From: Macrostomum lignano
Taxonomy: Eukaryota
DNA: 64,000 nucleotides
Direction of reading: 5' to 3'
NCBI GenBank assembly: GCA_002269645.1
Contig: NIVC01001385.1
Span: 219,539-283,538, forward strand
Part shown: positions 10,891-22,788 of the stretch, in pieces
Numbering within the stretch: position 1 is the first letter of the stretch
Layout: each line of letters starts with the position of its first letter
Position numbers and translations under genes: made by a program
The notes under the pieces: generated by a model
The model's database searches: none
What the model was told of the DNA's origin: nothing
Seen by the model: only the letters and a program-made list of their open reading frames with translations

Positions 10891-12940
10891 CTCCGGCGGC
10901 GGCAACCCATCGGTGGCCAGTAGGCCAAGTTGGGTATGGGCTCCGCCCAGAAGTGAACCTGTGCGTATCAGGTACCTCTGGCCACCGCTCTGAGGAACAG
11001 GTATCACCCTCTGACCTTAACAGGGTATGCGACCAGTCCGCAGGCTCCGGAGGCAGTCCTCCTGCTTCCCTCAAGGGCCCAGTTTAGTACCGCGCTGATG
11101 GTCCTTTGGTTCGGCCTCTGGGTTTTCCAAGCCGGGCTCTTCGCCGGGGAGTTTCTCGGTTGCTAGCGGTCGGGCCGGTAAGGGCTTAAGCCACCCCCCG
11201 GTCGCTACCTCTTGGCCTGCCGGTGGGTTTGGGGTTACGGCCCAGCAGCTTCTCACCTCTAGTCCCCATTCGTCTTTCAGCGACTCATGTAGTATTCATT
11301 TACATCCAACACGTCCGAGGCTGCTGGAGCACCAACCGAGGTTGGTACCGCGGCCCAGCCGGACATTCGCAACACCGGAACCTCCGGTGCCTCTCAGTCT
11401 GCCGCTGCCGCCGCTTAGGACAACACCGGAGTGGCTGGACAACAGGACAGCAGACCTCAGATTTCTAAAAAGAAGGCCCGTAGCATTGCTCGCTACAAAG
11501 AGTTTCTCCAGCGCAAAGTGGAGGAACGGAGGAATGCGAAAGCCGCCCCTCCGGCCACCTCCGAGGAGGGTGCCGGTAACTCTGCGAACCCCGCGGAGGA
11601 GCCGACATCCGACAAGGGGGTGGACCCCGCGCGCCGGTCAGATGCATCAGGTGCCGCCGAAGCTCCTGGTGCGGCTGGCCCCTCCCGTGACTGGACCTCT
11701 GCCCGTGTGGAAGCTCCACGGCTGTGGAGAGATCCAAAGCGGGGGGTGCTGGCCAAACCACCAAGCCGAAGCGCACCTACGCGGCTATGGCCAAGAGGCA
11801 GCCGGCCCTGGTTATCCAAGGCCAGGAGACGCCTCTTACGGCCGAACAGTTCGACCTTATCTGGCGCCGGTTGGAGAGGACGGCTATCATTACTAGAGAG
11901 ACCGGGAAGTCTCCTTTCAAGTCACCGGGACCTGACAACATTTATCCTGCCTTCCTCCATGAGGCAGTTAAAAATGACAGGTTTCTCGGCCTCCTCTGCA
12001 ACCTCTTCAAGGCCAGCATTACCCTCGGGTATGTGCCAAAAGCCTGGCAAGAGGCTACGGTAGTCTTCATACCCAAGCCAGGAAAGGGAGACTATCACTC
12101 TGCCAAAGCTTACCGCCCTATCAGTCTGACGTCTTTCTTCCTCAAACTGATGGAACAGATGGTGCTCTGGCTGAGGAAAAGCTGAGGAACTCCCCGCTCT
12201 CCCCAAATAAGCACGCCTTTCGTCCTGGACGCTCCATCGAAAGTGCGCTGCACCCCATTGTCGACAAGCTGGAGCGCGCCGTGCTTGGCTGTGGATACGC
12301 ACTGTCGCTTTTCCTCGACATTGATGGTGCTTTCAATAATGTGCTCTTTAAAGCCTTTAAGCGGGCCCTGGAATCCCGGGCACGCACGAGCACCTCACTC
12401 GCTGGATCATGTACGTGGTCTCCCATCGTACTGCCACCTCGCATCTTCTGGGACACTCACGCTCCGTGGAAGTCCAGAAAGACGGACCGCAAGGTGGAGT
12501 CCTCAGCCCGATCCTCCGGAATTTAGTCATGGCTGCTTTTCCAGGCATCGTCAACTCCAGGGAAAAATCCGCAGTGAGGAATGCCCATTCTGCCTCTCCG
12601 GTGTCGAGAATGCGGAGCACTTCATCTGTGAATGCCCCGCCTTTACTCAGGACAGGCTCACCAACCTCGGCCCAAACCCGGACCTCTCCGATGTTTTCAG
12701 GCCCGAGAATCTCTGCCAGCTCGTCCGCTACCTAAGGGCTACCGGGCGAGCGACAATCCACCTCCTGGACTCTCCGGAGGGGGACCGCGCTGCGGACACC
12801 GGCGCCACCGGAACTCCCTGCGCGACACCGCAGCACCAGCTGCCCGTGGTCGCCAAAGGCTAGCAAAATGGGCGGCAACGCCTCCTCGCTGTTTCCGGAC
12901 GCACGGAGCCCCCTACAACTAAGTCAAGTAAGTCAAAGTT
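10686..12940 (+). mobile_element. Non-LTR retrotransposon (LOA/R1-group-like), internally deleted but with both ends intact
   Basis: RT N-terminal motifs: [53 protein letters not shown]-terminal [12 protein letters not shown] knuckle. 3' tail (TAAGTCAAG)n. Exact 9-bp TSD ATCCTGGCC at 10677-10685 and 12941-12949. The endonuclease, YADD and RNase H are absent. Clade assignment is from motif recollection. Confidence 0.85.
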
Positions 12941-13699
12941 ATCCTGGCCTGCTTGGTTGTCACCCTTCCCATCGCCTTCATTTTTGATATCTACGTAGTC
13001 TGCTACTTCAGCTTCCACGAAATGTTACCATGGCAACACACCGTTCTGTACTACTATTCGGCTTTGCTTTACTACCCACCGGCCCTTTTACTGGCGATTA
13101 TTTTCATTGAGAACTGTTTCCTGATTCACAAGGTACGAGAGATCACCGCCAATAGAAAGAGGCTGGGCTCTGCTAAGGAATCTGATGACGGGCTAGTAAA
13201 CACAGTGATCTGCCTCGCTCTGTCGGTCTGTCTGCTTCTGTCTGCCTCGCTGACCTTCTTTGCCCAAACCAGCGAGTACGTTCTAACGCTGCTTTTTGGC
13301 GGAATCGATTATAACAGGGCCACCGTGTTGTGGGGAGTTCACGACATCGGCATCTCGACCATCATCATTGGCCAGTCCACCAACTGGATCCTGCTGGTGT
13401 GGAAGAATGCCAAGATTGGAAACGGTAAAGTACTGAAAGCCGGTGGATCAGAAGATGGCTACCACAGCCACAAGTTAAATTTGGATTTCATTACAGTGAG
13501 AGAAATTAGCACTAGCTAGAGGAGATAAATTGCATGACAGCAAGCAAAACTATTATTTTTGTTCTAGTACTTCTAGAACTTGAGAACTTCGACTGTTTTC
13601 AACTCGAAAAACTGATCAAGAAATAAAAGTCATATTACATCAAAAAAACTTTTTTGATCCAAGATACGCTTTTTATTCGGATAATTATTGCAATCGTTA

Positions 13700-15010
13700 C
13701 CCTCTGAATAAGGTCGTTTAGACGCGCTGGGGGGTTCCGCTGTACTCCGGTGGAGGTTAAAGTGTGGGTTGTTGGCCGCGCCATCTAGCTTAAAGCCCCT
13801 TCACTCGGCCATTCTTGTCTCCGCCGCCATTTTTCAATTTTTGCTCAGCCGCCGTCATGAGTGCCAGCCCAAAGCGACTCAACGTGCGCCAACTCAAGGC
13901 TGAGCTGCGATACAGAGGCCTGCCTACTACGGGCCGCAAAGAACAGCTCGCCAAGCGTTTGTCCACTGCACTCGGCTTAGAGCAAGCTGACGAAGAGTTC
14001 AACAACTCCGAGATGACTTCGTCTGCTCCGGACGCCGAGGACGGCAGCGCGGGCAATTGTCCTCCTGGGGCGGAGAGCGACCGGCTTGCGGCGCTGCGAC
14101 AGGAAGTGGAGCTGCTTGAACTGCAAATCCTGGAAGGCCGTCGTCGGGATCTTCAGCAACAGCTTCACACTCAGCAGCGCTTGACGGCTCAGCCTTAGCC
14201 AGCATCATCATCAGGTGAGCAAGTCGTGCATGTCGGTCTGCAGTTGCCCGAGGTTTTTGAATCTGGGATGAGGGAGGCGGCTCAGATTCAGGCCGCTAAT
14301 TGCCAGGCTCCGACTCGCAAGTTGCATCTGATCAGAGACCACATCAAACTATAGCCAGAGGACCCAGCTCAGCCAGTCAGGAGCAGTTGATAGCCACAAT
14401 TGAGAATGGTTCTTTCATATTCAGAAAGCAGGAGCCGAAGCTGTCCAGTATCTCTGCTGGTCAGTGGATCGCGGCCAGCTCGATCATCCTGCAAAAGCTG
14501 ATCAAGGAAGAACTCCCGGCGGCTGCTGAAAGCAGTGATGGTCTCCTGACTGACGTCCTTGGCTACCTCAAGTACAATCGCAAGCGTTGTGATAGGCCGG
14601 ATCGTAACTCTAGCTCTTCCAGCGGACAAACACGTAGTCAGTCAGCTGGCCGGACTGACTTCGGACTCCGAGCGTGGGATCGCGTCTAGAGACTTGGTCA
14701 CAAACCTGGCCAGGCCCGCAAATAAATAAGACACGCGACTCACTCTTTGAACTTCAATACAGCAGTGGCAGTAACGGCGGTAGGGGAGTTATCTCCACTC
14801 TGGTAGAGGAGAACGTCTTGAAGTACAGACTGATTTTCACTGGTTCAATAAGACTAGTACGCTGAGCCTAGGTCAGTACGGAGGTGACTTCCCATGCCGC
14901 CGCACACGCCAACATATATACTAGTATTTGTGCTAGCCGGCTAAGCCCTGGGGTAAATTGCTTCCCCAGGCCCAGGCCCAGCTAGCCAAAACAACACTTT
15001 TGCTTGCAAG
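13700..15010 (+). mobile_element. Probable DIRS/Ngaro-type retroelement remnant: SAP-domain ORF plus gag-like fragment
   Basis: ATG at 13857 gives MSASPKRLNVRQLKAELRYRGLPTTGRKEQLAKRL (SAP pattern). ORF 14300..14689 has KLSSISAGQWIAASSIILQKL..LGYLKY, which resembles the gag-like ORF1 of YR retrotransposons. No RT/YR seen and the ends are approximate. Confidence 0.5.
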
Positions 15011-16254
15011 ATCGCGATGGGGTTGTAGTGCCCATCGCCGCAAGAGAAAATACTAGCATGGGGAAGGCCACCAGCCAATCGCGGGCTGTGGGGTGGTCAC
15101 AGGCAGGGGACGCGCTGGTAGGGGTGGGCAGCCAGCCAAAGCCGGCTGGCCCAGGCAGGCAGTGGGGTGGGTGGCGCGTAAACAACTGAAGGGGGAAAAT
15201 GCAGTGACTGGCGCACGGACTGCAAGCCCAAGATGGTAAAGCAGTGCAGATGCACCCCGGCACACAAGGAGGGTGTTGTGCCTGAGAATTTTGCTCCACT
15301 GCCAAGCTTGGCCATAGATATAGGAATTGAAAGCGGCAAAGTTGCTCGCGTGTGACACGAGCAGCTAGCCATCATTTTCTCTCCGCATGAAGACTGCTTC
15401 ATGAAATGCTTTTGATTTTTCATCAATTAGCAACCTAGACTATCCATCTGATAATGAAGAGAATTGATAATTTTTGAAAATTTAAGTTCACAACAAGTAG
15501 GTTGCGCAAATTTTAATTCTTTCTGTAGTGTCTTTACGATCTCTGTAGTGTGTCTTTTACTAGACTGATTGTTTTTTTGACCAGCTCATTTCTAAGGAAA
15601 ACGAGTGTAGCGATATAATTTAAGTGTCCATCAGAGGACAGTCCAGTACGAGTCAGAACTGTGATCTCCAGACGAGGCTTGAGGACAGCGCTTCTCCAGC
15701 AAAAGAAAGTCAAAGCTTCTGTTTGAGTGTCCATTATTAATCAGGTTTTTGTAATAGATGCGGTGTGTGGTGCGAACTTGGAGTATGCATTCGTATTCTC
15801 AATTATAATTACTTATAGCCGTATTTTTATAATCATGATAAACAATAGCATTGAAATGAGCACATCAAATTAAGCTTATAATAAGCACAGACGGCAGATG
15901 TTATACCAAAACCAGAGTTGTACCTTGTACGATTATGCAACACATGAATTGTACAAGTGGCGCAGCATACAATAGCCAATAGAAATGATTGAAAATCTTC
16001 AATTTTAGATTAATTCAAATACACAAAAAATTCAATTCAGCGGATTAAAACAAAATTGAGGCACAGCTAAAACCTTTAGGAAGGAAAATGTGGCAAAGAG
16101 AATGAATGATTAAGAAAAATAGCATTGGGTCAGTTTTTTCTAGGAATAGAAAACTATAATCTTCTGTTTTCATAATCTGCATCATTTTTTACTTCGAGTA
16201 TCTCACGGTTTTTACCTTGGATTTTTTTGTTTTACTTGGGTGTCCCACATATTT

Positions 16255-16350
16255 TACCTGGATATCTCCCAGGTTTCTACCTGGGTATCTCACAGATTTC
16301 TACCTGGGTATCTCACAGATTTCTACCTGGGTATCTCACAGATTTCTACC
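16255..16350. repeat. Short 23-bp tandem repeat (GATTTCTACCTGGGTATCTCACA, ~3-4 copies)
   Basis: Read directly from the sequence. Confidence 0.8.
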
Positions 16351-16437
16351 TAATTTCACAGATTTCACAAATTTTTATATACCTTCATTTAGACTGAATA
16401 AATAATCAGTAAGCAGTCGTGGGACGTATCTGACACA

Positions 16438-16928
16438 CTACTCGTTGATTGGATCATTCGACTTCTCAACCTCGCTGCTCAAGCCGCTCTCGCTGTCCCT
16501 GTCAATCAACGATTTATTCGCCTCGTCATCTTTCCGATTGACGCACAGGCAGAAGAGCAGCAGGCCAAGCAGCAGCGGGATAGCCAGGAACACACCAAGC
16601 CACAGGTACATCAAGTCATTGCTCAGCTGACTGCTGCCTGCGTGGGAGTTGAGAAGTTATCGGGAAGCTGAGTTCGATTTGAAAGGATCGCTGGCACGGG
16701 GGTGCAGGTAGGTTGTGGGTAGGCAGCCAATCTAACAGCATGTAGAATCACCTGTGTGACTAACAGGTAAACAGTCGTCCATCAGCATGTAGAATCTCCT
16801 GTGTGTCTAACAGGTATTCAGCTACAGCAAGCAAAGACGATACTCACTAGCAGTCACGTATCCTGTTGCATTCGAATCGGACATATTGAAACCCAACACA
16901 GGTGGAGCTCCCGTAGAGATGCTCAACA

Positions 16929-16962
<34 letters not shown>

Positions 16963-17109
16963 ATAAGGCTGCTGTGGCAGCTTCAAGTTAATCTCGTTGG
17001 ATCTCATTGTACCCGCGCCGCCGTCGATGGTGACATTGTTTAGGGTGATGTAGGACACCACCTGCTGTATCTGGGCCCTGTGAGCGCTTACTCGAGCTGG
17101 CGAGGCCAT
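16438..17109 (-). CDS. Two-exon small single-pass membrane protein with polyQ (~153 aa; exons 17109-16848, 16637-16438)
   Basis: ATG at 17109, Q11 tract, NxS/T sites (NVT, NMS, NAT). The GTGAGT donor and CAG acceptor are both phase 1. Exon 2 encodes LMYLWLGVFLAIPLLLGLLLFCLCV followed by an acidic tail and TAG. Further upstream exons cannot be excluded. Confidence 0.6.
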
Positions 17110-17672
17110 CGCGCCGGATTTCTTCGTCGAGTGGAGACAAAGAAACCAACAGGTTTCTTGAGTGAAAGCACAAGAAAAATTGGAAGAAACGGGAAATGTT
17201 AAGAAGCAAGAGGGCGCAGCAGAAACCTCTTAGCAGTATAAATGAAACAAGAAAAGTCAGGCCTGTGCTATGCTAGCAATATGCAGCAGCTGTTGCCCTC
17301 TCTGCTTCCCAGAAGTAGCAAAGGGTGATTTCCTGTGCGAATCTCAGTCGCCCACTCCTTGGCCATGGCGATCATTAGAACGATAGAACCTGGGGTTGTA
17401 AACTTATACGAGCGTCACTATGGCTAGTAGACTCTAGAGAAATATATTATACCATTAAACTATTGGAAATAAAAAACAGTAAAGCCTCTTTACACCGTCA
17501 TGAAAGAAGGCCAGATATTGTGTGATCACATCAAATTATACTGCACTAAATTTGGTTCCTTTTTTAATTGGACGCGTGATTTGATGGCTCATTTGATGGC
17601 AGTTGTGAGTGTGGCGCAGAGCCCAACACAACACACTCAGTTATTAGGGGTCTTGAGTGCAGAAAAGAAAAA

Positions 17673-18412
17673 GAGGGGTGACATGCGCGACTGAGGACAG
17701 AGGCGAGATTGAAGAGCCAATCAGAAGGCAGTAGGGGAATGAAATACGAGCTAAAAAGGAGGGGTGGAGTGCGCGACTGAGGACAGAGGCGAGATTGAAG
17801 AGCCAATCAGAAGGCAGTAAGGGAATGAAATACGAGCTAAAAATGAGGGGTGGAGTGCGCGACTGAGGACAGAGGCGAGATTGAAGAGCCAATCAGAAGG
17901 CAGTAAGGGAATGAAATACGAGCTAAAAGGAGGGGTGGAGTGCGCGACTGAGGACAGAGGCGAGATTGAAGAGCCAATCAGAAGGCAGTAAGGGAATGAA
18001 ATACGAGCTAAAAGGAGGGGTGGAGTGCGCGTTTGAGGGCAAAGGCGAGATTGAAGAGCCAATCAGAAGGCAGTAAGGGAAAGAAATACGAGCTAAAAAG
18101 GAGGGGTGGAGTGCGCGACTGAGGACAGAGGCGAGATTGAAGAGCCAATCAGAAGGCAGTAAGGAATGAAATACGAACTAAAAAAGAAGGGGTGGAGTGT
18201 GCGACTGAGGAAAGAGGCGAGATTGAAGAGCCAATCAGAAAGCAGTAAGGGAATGAAATACGAGCTAAAAAGGAGGGGTGGAGTGCGCGACTGAGGAAAG
18301 AGGCGAGATTGAAGAGCCAATCAGAAGGCAGTAAGGGAAAGAAATACGAGCTAAAAAGGAGGAGTGGAGTGCGCGACTGAGGGGAGAGGCGAGATTGAAG
18401 AGCGAGATTGAA
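17673..18412. repeat. Tandem array of ~85-86-bp units (~8.5 copies), each with a CCAAT box and a GT-box-like motif
   Basis: GAGCCAATCAG at 17717, 17803, 17889, 17974, 18059, 18145, 18231 and 18317. GGGGTGGAGT occurs in most units. Confidence 0.9.
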
Positions 18413-18974
18413 GATTGAAGAGAGAGATAAGAATATAATTATTATAATTAATTTATTATTATTATTCATCTTACTATTGAATGCGCACACCAAGAGGGTG
18501 CCGATTTTCGCATTTTTTTATTTTCTTTCTACATAACAGGATTTGAAAAAAATTGCACGCAAACAGAGTTGTCTGTACCAATATAAAGCTTCAGGGCAGT
18601 TGAACTCTTGCTTGTGTCGTGTCTTTCATAAATTTTGCTAGAATTCCCATTATGTCTCTGTCTTATTGAGTCATTAGGTAAAATACATTATCCTCTGCAG
18701 TAAGCTTTTTGAATTCAAAACTTTATCCCACAGATACAATATAACTAGATAGGTCACTCGGTTAATTTGCTCTCACACTACTCTTAGGACCAGCCATCAG
18801 TAGTGAAAAATAGCCAAAAAAAATCAATTTTGCAAACGTGTGCTCTGGTAAAGCCACAGAATATTCTGTGGCTCTGCATGGTAAAGCATCTAAGACAACG
18901 CTTTAGTTGCTGCTGTTGCTGTTTCAGTTCTTTCAGTGCACTTTCCTATTAAAAAATTAAATATTTGGTGCGAC

Positions 18975-19710
18975 ATGGACAACTACGATGTCGAAGATAC
19001 CGAAGATGTCGATGACTTGATCAAGGCGTGTGAGGAAGCCGAGCGGCAGGCAGCTCTGGAGGAGCAGCTAAGCTGTGAGGTTGCAAGCGAGCATGCTGCG
19101 GCTGCCGTCAATCTTTTCGAATACGACGAGATTGACGCTGACGATCTGATTGCCGCTGCCGAAGCTGAAGCTGCCAAAGCTGCTGCTGCCGAAGCTGCTG
19201 CTGAATTGCCCGAGAGGCAGAAGCAGCACCACCAAAAGCAGCAGCAGCAGAAGAGAGCATCTTTGCTAGTGACCGACTCGCTGCGACCCGGCTCTATTGG
19301 CCCGGCGGCGGCCGACGACGACAATGATGTTATGATCACTGCGAGCGTGGTCCCGGACAGTGACAAAGACACCGGGCCAGCCGATTAGCAGCAGCAGAAT
19401 TAAACGAGAACTATTCGGCGACGATGGCGACGACTTCCAACCCCGATTGTCGTCACCGCGGACGCCGCCGGTGGCCAAACGCGCCCGCGAGCAGCAGCTG
19501 GCACTGCCATCGTCGCCGCTCAATGTTGTCAGATCACAAAAGCCGACCCTGGAGCATCAACCGCGGATCTGGACGCCCTCGACTAAGAATTCGGCGACGA
19601 ATTGGACGCCACCAATGATGTCGTCGCCTGCTAGGTCGTCTTTCTTCCTGTTTCTGCTACCTTGCCAGTTTGCAGTTTCGTCTCTTTTGATGTTTTTTCT
19701 TGTTTTTTGA
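18975..19710 (+). CDS. Orphan acidic/low-complexity ORF, possibly frameshifted near 19380
   Basis: ATG at 18975 opens a D/E/A-rich ORF ending at 19388. The overlapping frame 19360..19710 continues in the same GC-rich coding-like composition (IKRELFG, several S/T-P). No recognisable domain. Confidence 0.35.
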
Positions 19711-21699
19711 CAATAAAATCAGCAATTTTAGATGATTTTTTAGTATATAGGACTGTACTGTTGACAAGTATTTTGAGGTGTTTCAAGTCCGAATTGTTAA
19801 ACTTATTGATGTCTTAAATGAAAGGGCATATGTTACTGCCTATTCTGCGCCAAAATAAGCATCTTACGATCAATAGCGTGCACAGGAGATACATTGAAAA
19901 ATGGGCCATCAATGAAATTTTCGCCAATTCTGAGTCTTTCGTCCTTCTACTTAAGTAGTCCTTGAGTCAAGAATGTACACTGTACATAGAAGATTGTGCA
20001 GATGGTTGAAAACTTCATTTCCGATCGATTTCATTTTAGTCAGTGATAAGAATGTTTCTTATAATTTGCATTTACACTACCGTCCTAAAAGTAGTATCAT
20101 TCTTGGTCCCCACAGCGAGATAGGGAGTGACCTATCTAGTTCTATAGTATCTGTGCTTTATCCTAGATATCCTGTTCAAATTTATCTGGGGAGCACAATT
20201 GAAGTTCCGACTAGCACTTTAACAGGAAGTGAAATTCACTTTGGGCAGGTCCCATTTTCGTAAGGGATCTCTGGTCTCGCAGTCCTCATTGCTTCGCAGG
20301 CCAGTTTATGGTTTGCTATTCTTATCTATGGCAGGGTGCGTTTTGATTCTGGATTGGAAATTTCTACATAGTACATTAGTTTTTGTTTGAGTAGTGCCAT
20401 TTGAAGCTGCTGTAAAAGGGACTTTGTAGAGTTATCTGCCTTCTGGTCTCCGGTGTCTCGTAAATTCCAGTTCAAACTAGCTTTGTGTGTTCTGATTGAA
20501 TTCGCTAGCTACTCGTTCATGTCGACAGTTTTGTATTATTTCGCTATTCATTTAAATGCTGTAAGGCCAGACAGGACTGAACTAGACAGAGAGTGACAGA
20601 AAGCATGCAGAATAAACAGAGACGAGAGCAGCTGACTAGATGAATGAGGTTTCGCCATAGACAAATTCGCTCGAAAAGAATCAGTCTGAAAAAGTCACAT
20701 TAAGCATCAAGAACAGCTTACGAACTTTCGCCAGAACTTTGCCTACTTGCCGGTTTCTGGTAGCAGTCCATGAACAAATGGAACAAATAGCTTGATAAAA
20801 ATGTGCATTGTATTGTATATTAGACAGAAATAACTGCATTTTTCAGCACTACCATTCCAAGGAAAACAACTGACAGACGTTCCTTGAAATGCATTCTGAA
20901 GCGAAACTGCACTTCCGTGTACATTATCTTTTAATTATTGATTGCAGCCTTGACGTCATCTGGCACGTCTTCAGAGCTTCTCGTGCTTACTGCATGTACG
21001 AGTACAGTGTGGGTAGCACCAGGCCGTTGAGCCGCCTCTCCGGTTGGCATCGACCCACCGGACTGTACGTTACAAGACGCTTAGCTGGGACATCGATTGA
21101 CCCAATGATGCATTGAAACAACAAACTCCTTCTTCCTGCAGCACACAGCCCTGGAGATAGCAGAAATTGAGATCTGAAGTTGGTTGTTTGATGGAGAGCG
21201 CTTTCACGTGACTGCACAGCTCTATTTCAAAGCTTGATGTCTCAATCGAAATGTTAATGCAGGGCGCGGTCAAAATGGTGTATGGTGGCGTCGATTTAAG
21301 TCATCTTTTGTCCCTTCAGTTATCTCAGAAGCTGAATTCGGTAAAATGCTTTGAGAGCCATCCAATTTCGTTAATTTCCGCTAAAAGCATCGAACCACTC
21401 AGCTTTTGTAGAGTTAAGACTGTTGAACTGAACATGTAAAACAAAAAGCCGCAAATGGAAATCGCCCAGTGTTGCACGCACCACCATTGACACGCAAAAA
21501 TTGGGCGGGGCTACTGCTCGGGGCGATGAAAAAACCCATATAAACCTATTTAAACCCATAAAACTGACGTTCTCAATTGCAGGGCCGAGTGCTGGATAAG
21601 CAGACTACCAACTAGAGCTTCAAGTTGAAGACTTTTGCTATCTTATTTTCCGATGAGCGAAAGTGTCACAAGTCCTGTTAATCCTTGCTCAAAGTAGTC

Positions 21700-22788
21700 A
21701 TGAGTAACGCGTCAAGCGCTGTCAACTATATTTTTGTGGACTCTGTCGACTATATAGTGTCGGATTGTCAAAGTGGGGACCCGAACAGAACGGCGACTTG
21801 CACTGTCAACACCGTCCTGGGTGCCATCACGGGCCTGGTTCTGCCTGTTTTCATTGTCTCCGGTCTCGTGTTCAACGCTCTCATAGTGTACATCAACCTG
21901 GTCAAACAACCGTGGACTCGACAGAATGTGTACATCAGCATAATTGCGGTCACAGACAGCTGCAACATCATCGTGAACGGCTTCATGTGGATGTTCTTGG
22001 CCAAGGGCTTGCCATGGTTAACCAACGGATCCGTCGGTTATGTACATCTTAACGACGGAGACGTGCAGTGTAGATTTGCGAAATATTTTGAGCACCTGTG
22101 CCACCTAACATCGACTGCAGTGTTTCTGCTAATGGTGACTGACAGGACTCTAAGCCTGTACTTTCCGTTCAAATTTCAGAGCATCAGCGGAAAGGCTGCG
22201 ATGAAGGCCGGGTTATTAGTGATCCTGGCCTGTATGGTTGTCACCCTTCCCATCGCCTTTATCTTTCACTGGATAATTTATGAGAGCTACATAGTCTGTT
22301 ACTACAGCATGCTCGAAATGTTACCATGGCAACACACCGTTCTGTACTACTATTCGGCTTTGCTTTACTACCCACCGGCCCTTTTACTGACGGTTATTTT
22401 CATTGAGAACTGTTTCCTGATTCACAAGGTACGAGAGATCACCGCCAATAGAAAGAGGCTGGGCTCTGCTAAGGAATCTGATGACGGGCTAGTAAACACA
22501 GTGATCTGCCTCGCTCTGTCGGCCTGTCTGCTTCTGTCTGCCTCGCTGACTTTCTTTGCCCGAACCAGCGAGTACGTTCTATCTCTGCTATTTGGCGAAT
22601 ACGATTCAGAAATAGGCACCGTGTTGTGGGGAATTCACGACATCGGCATATCAATGATCATAATTGGCCAGTCCACCAACTGGATCCTGCTGGTGTGGAA
22701 GAATGCCAGGTTCCGTCGGCTTCTATTGGAGACGGTAAAATGCAGGAAACCGGTGGATCAGAAGACGGCTACCACTGGCACAAAATAA
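21700..22788 (+). CDS. Intronless rhodopsin-like orphan GPCR, copy 3, intact (362 aa from MSNAS)
   Basis: ORF 21685..22788 with ATG at 21700. It has the same seven-TM motifs as copy 1 and a near-identical sequence apart from ECL2, ECL3 and the C-tail. Confidence 0.9.
   Translation: MSNASSAVNYIFVDSVDYIVSDCQSGDPNRTATCTVNTVLGAITGLVLPVFIVSGLVFNALIVYINLVKQPWTRQNVYISIIAVTDSCNIIVNGFMWMFLAKGLPWLTNGSVGYVHLNDGDVQCRFAKYFEHLCHLTSTAVFLLMVTDRTLSLYFPFKFQSISGKAAMKAGLLVILACMVVTLPIAFIFHWIIYESYIVCYYSMLEMLPWQHTVLYYYSALLYYPPALLLTVIFIENCFLIHKVREITANRKRLGSAKESDDGLVNTVICLALSACLLLSASLTFFARTSEYVLSLLFGEYDSEIGTVLWGIHDIGISMIIIGQSTNWILLVWKNARFRRLLLETVKCRKPVDQKTATTGTK

Larger units (their letters stand above)
6090..13519 (+). 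pseudogene. GPCR copy 2, split into three pieces (6090-6103, 10161-10685, 12941-13519) by two retroelement insertions
   Basis: ATGAGTAACGCGAC at 6090 rejoins ACCAAGCGCT at 10166 to give MSNATPSAV, as in copy 1. TM1-TM4 are in ORF 10161..10745 and TM5-7 in ORF 12953..13519. It also has a 5-aa ECL2 deletion and a ~14-nt frameshifting deletion after TM7 relative to copy 3. Confidence 0.9.
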
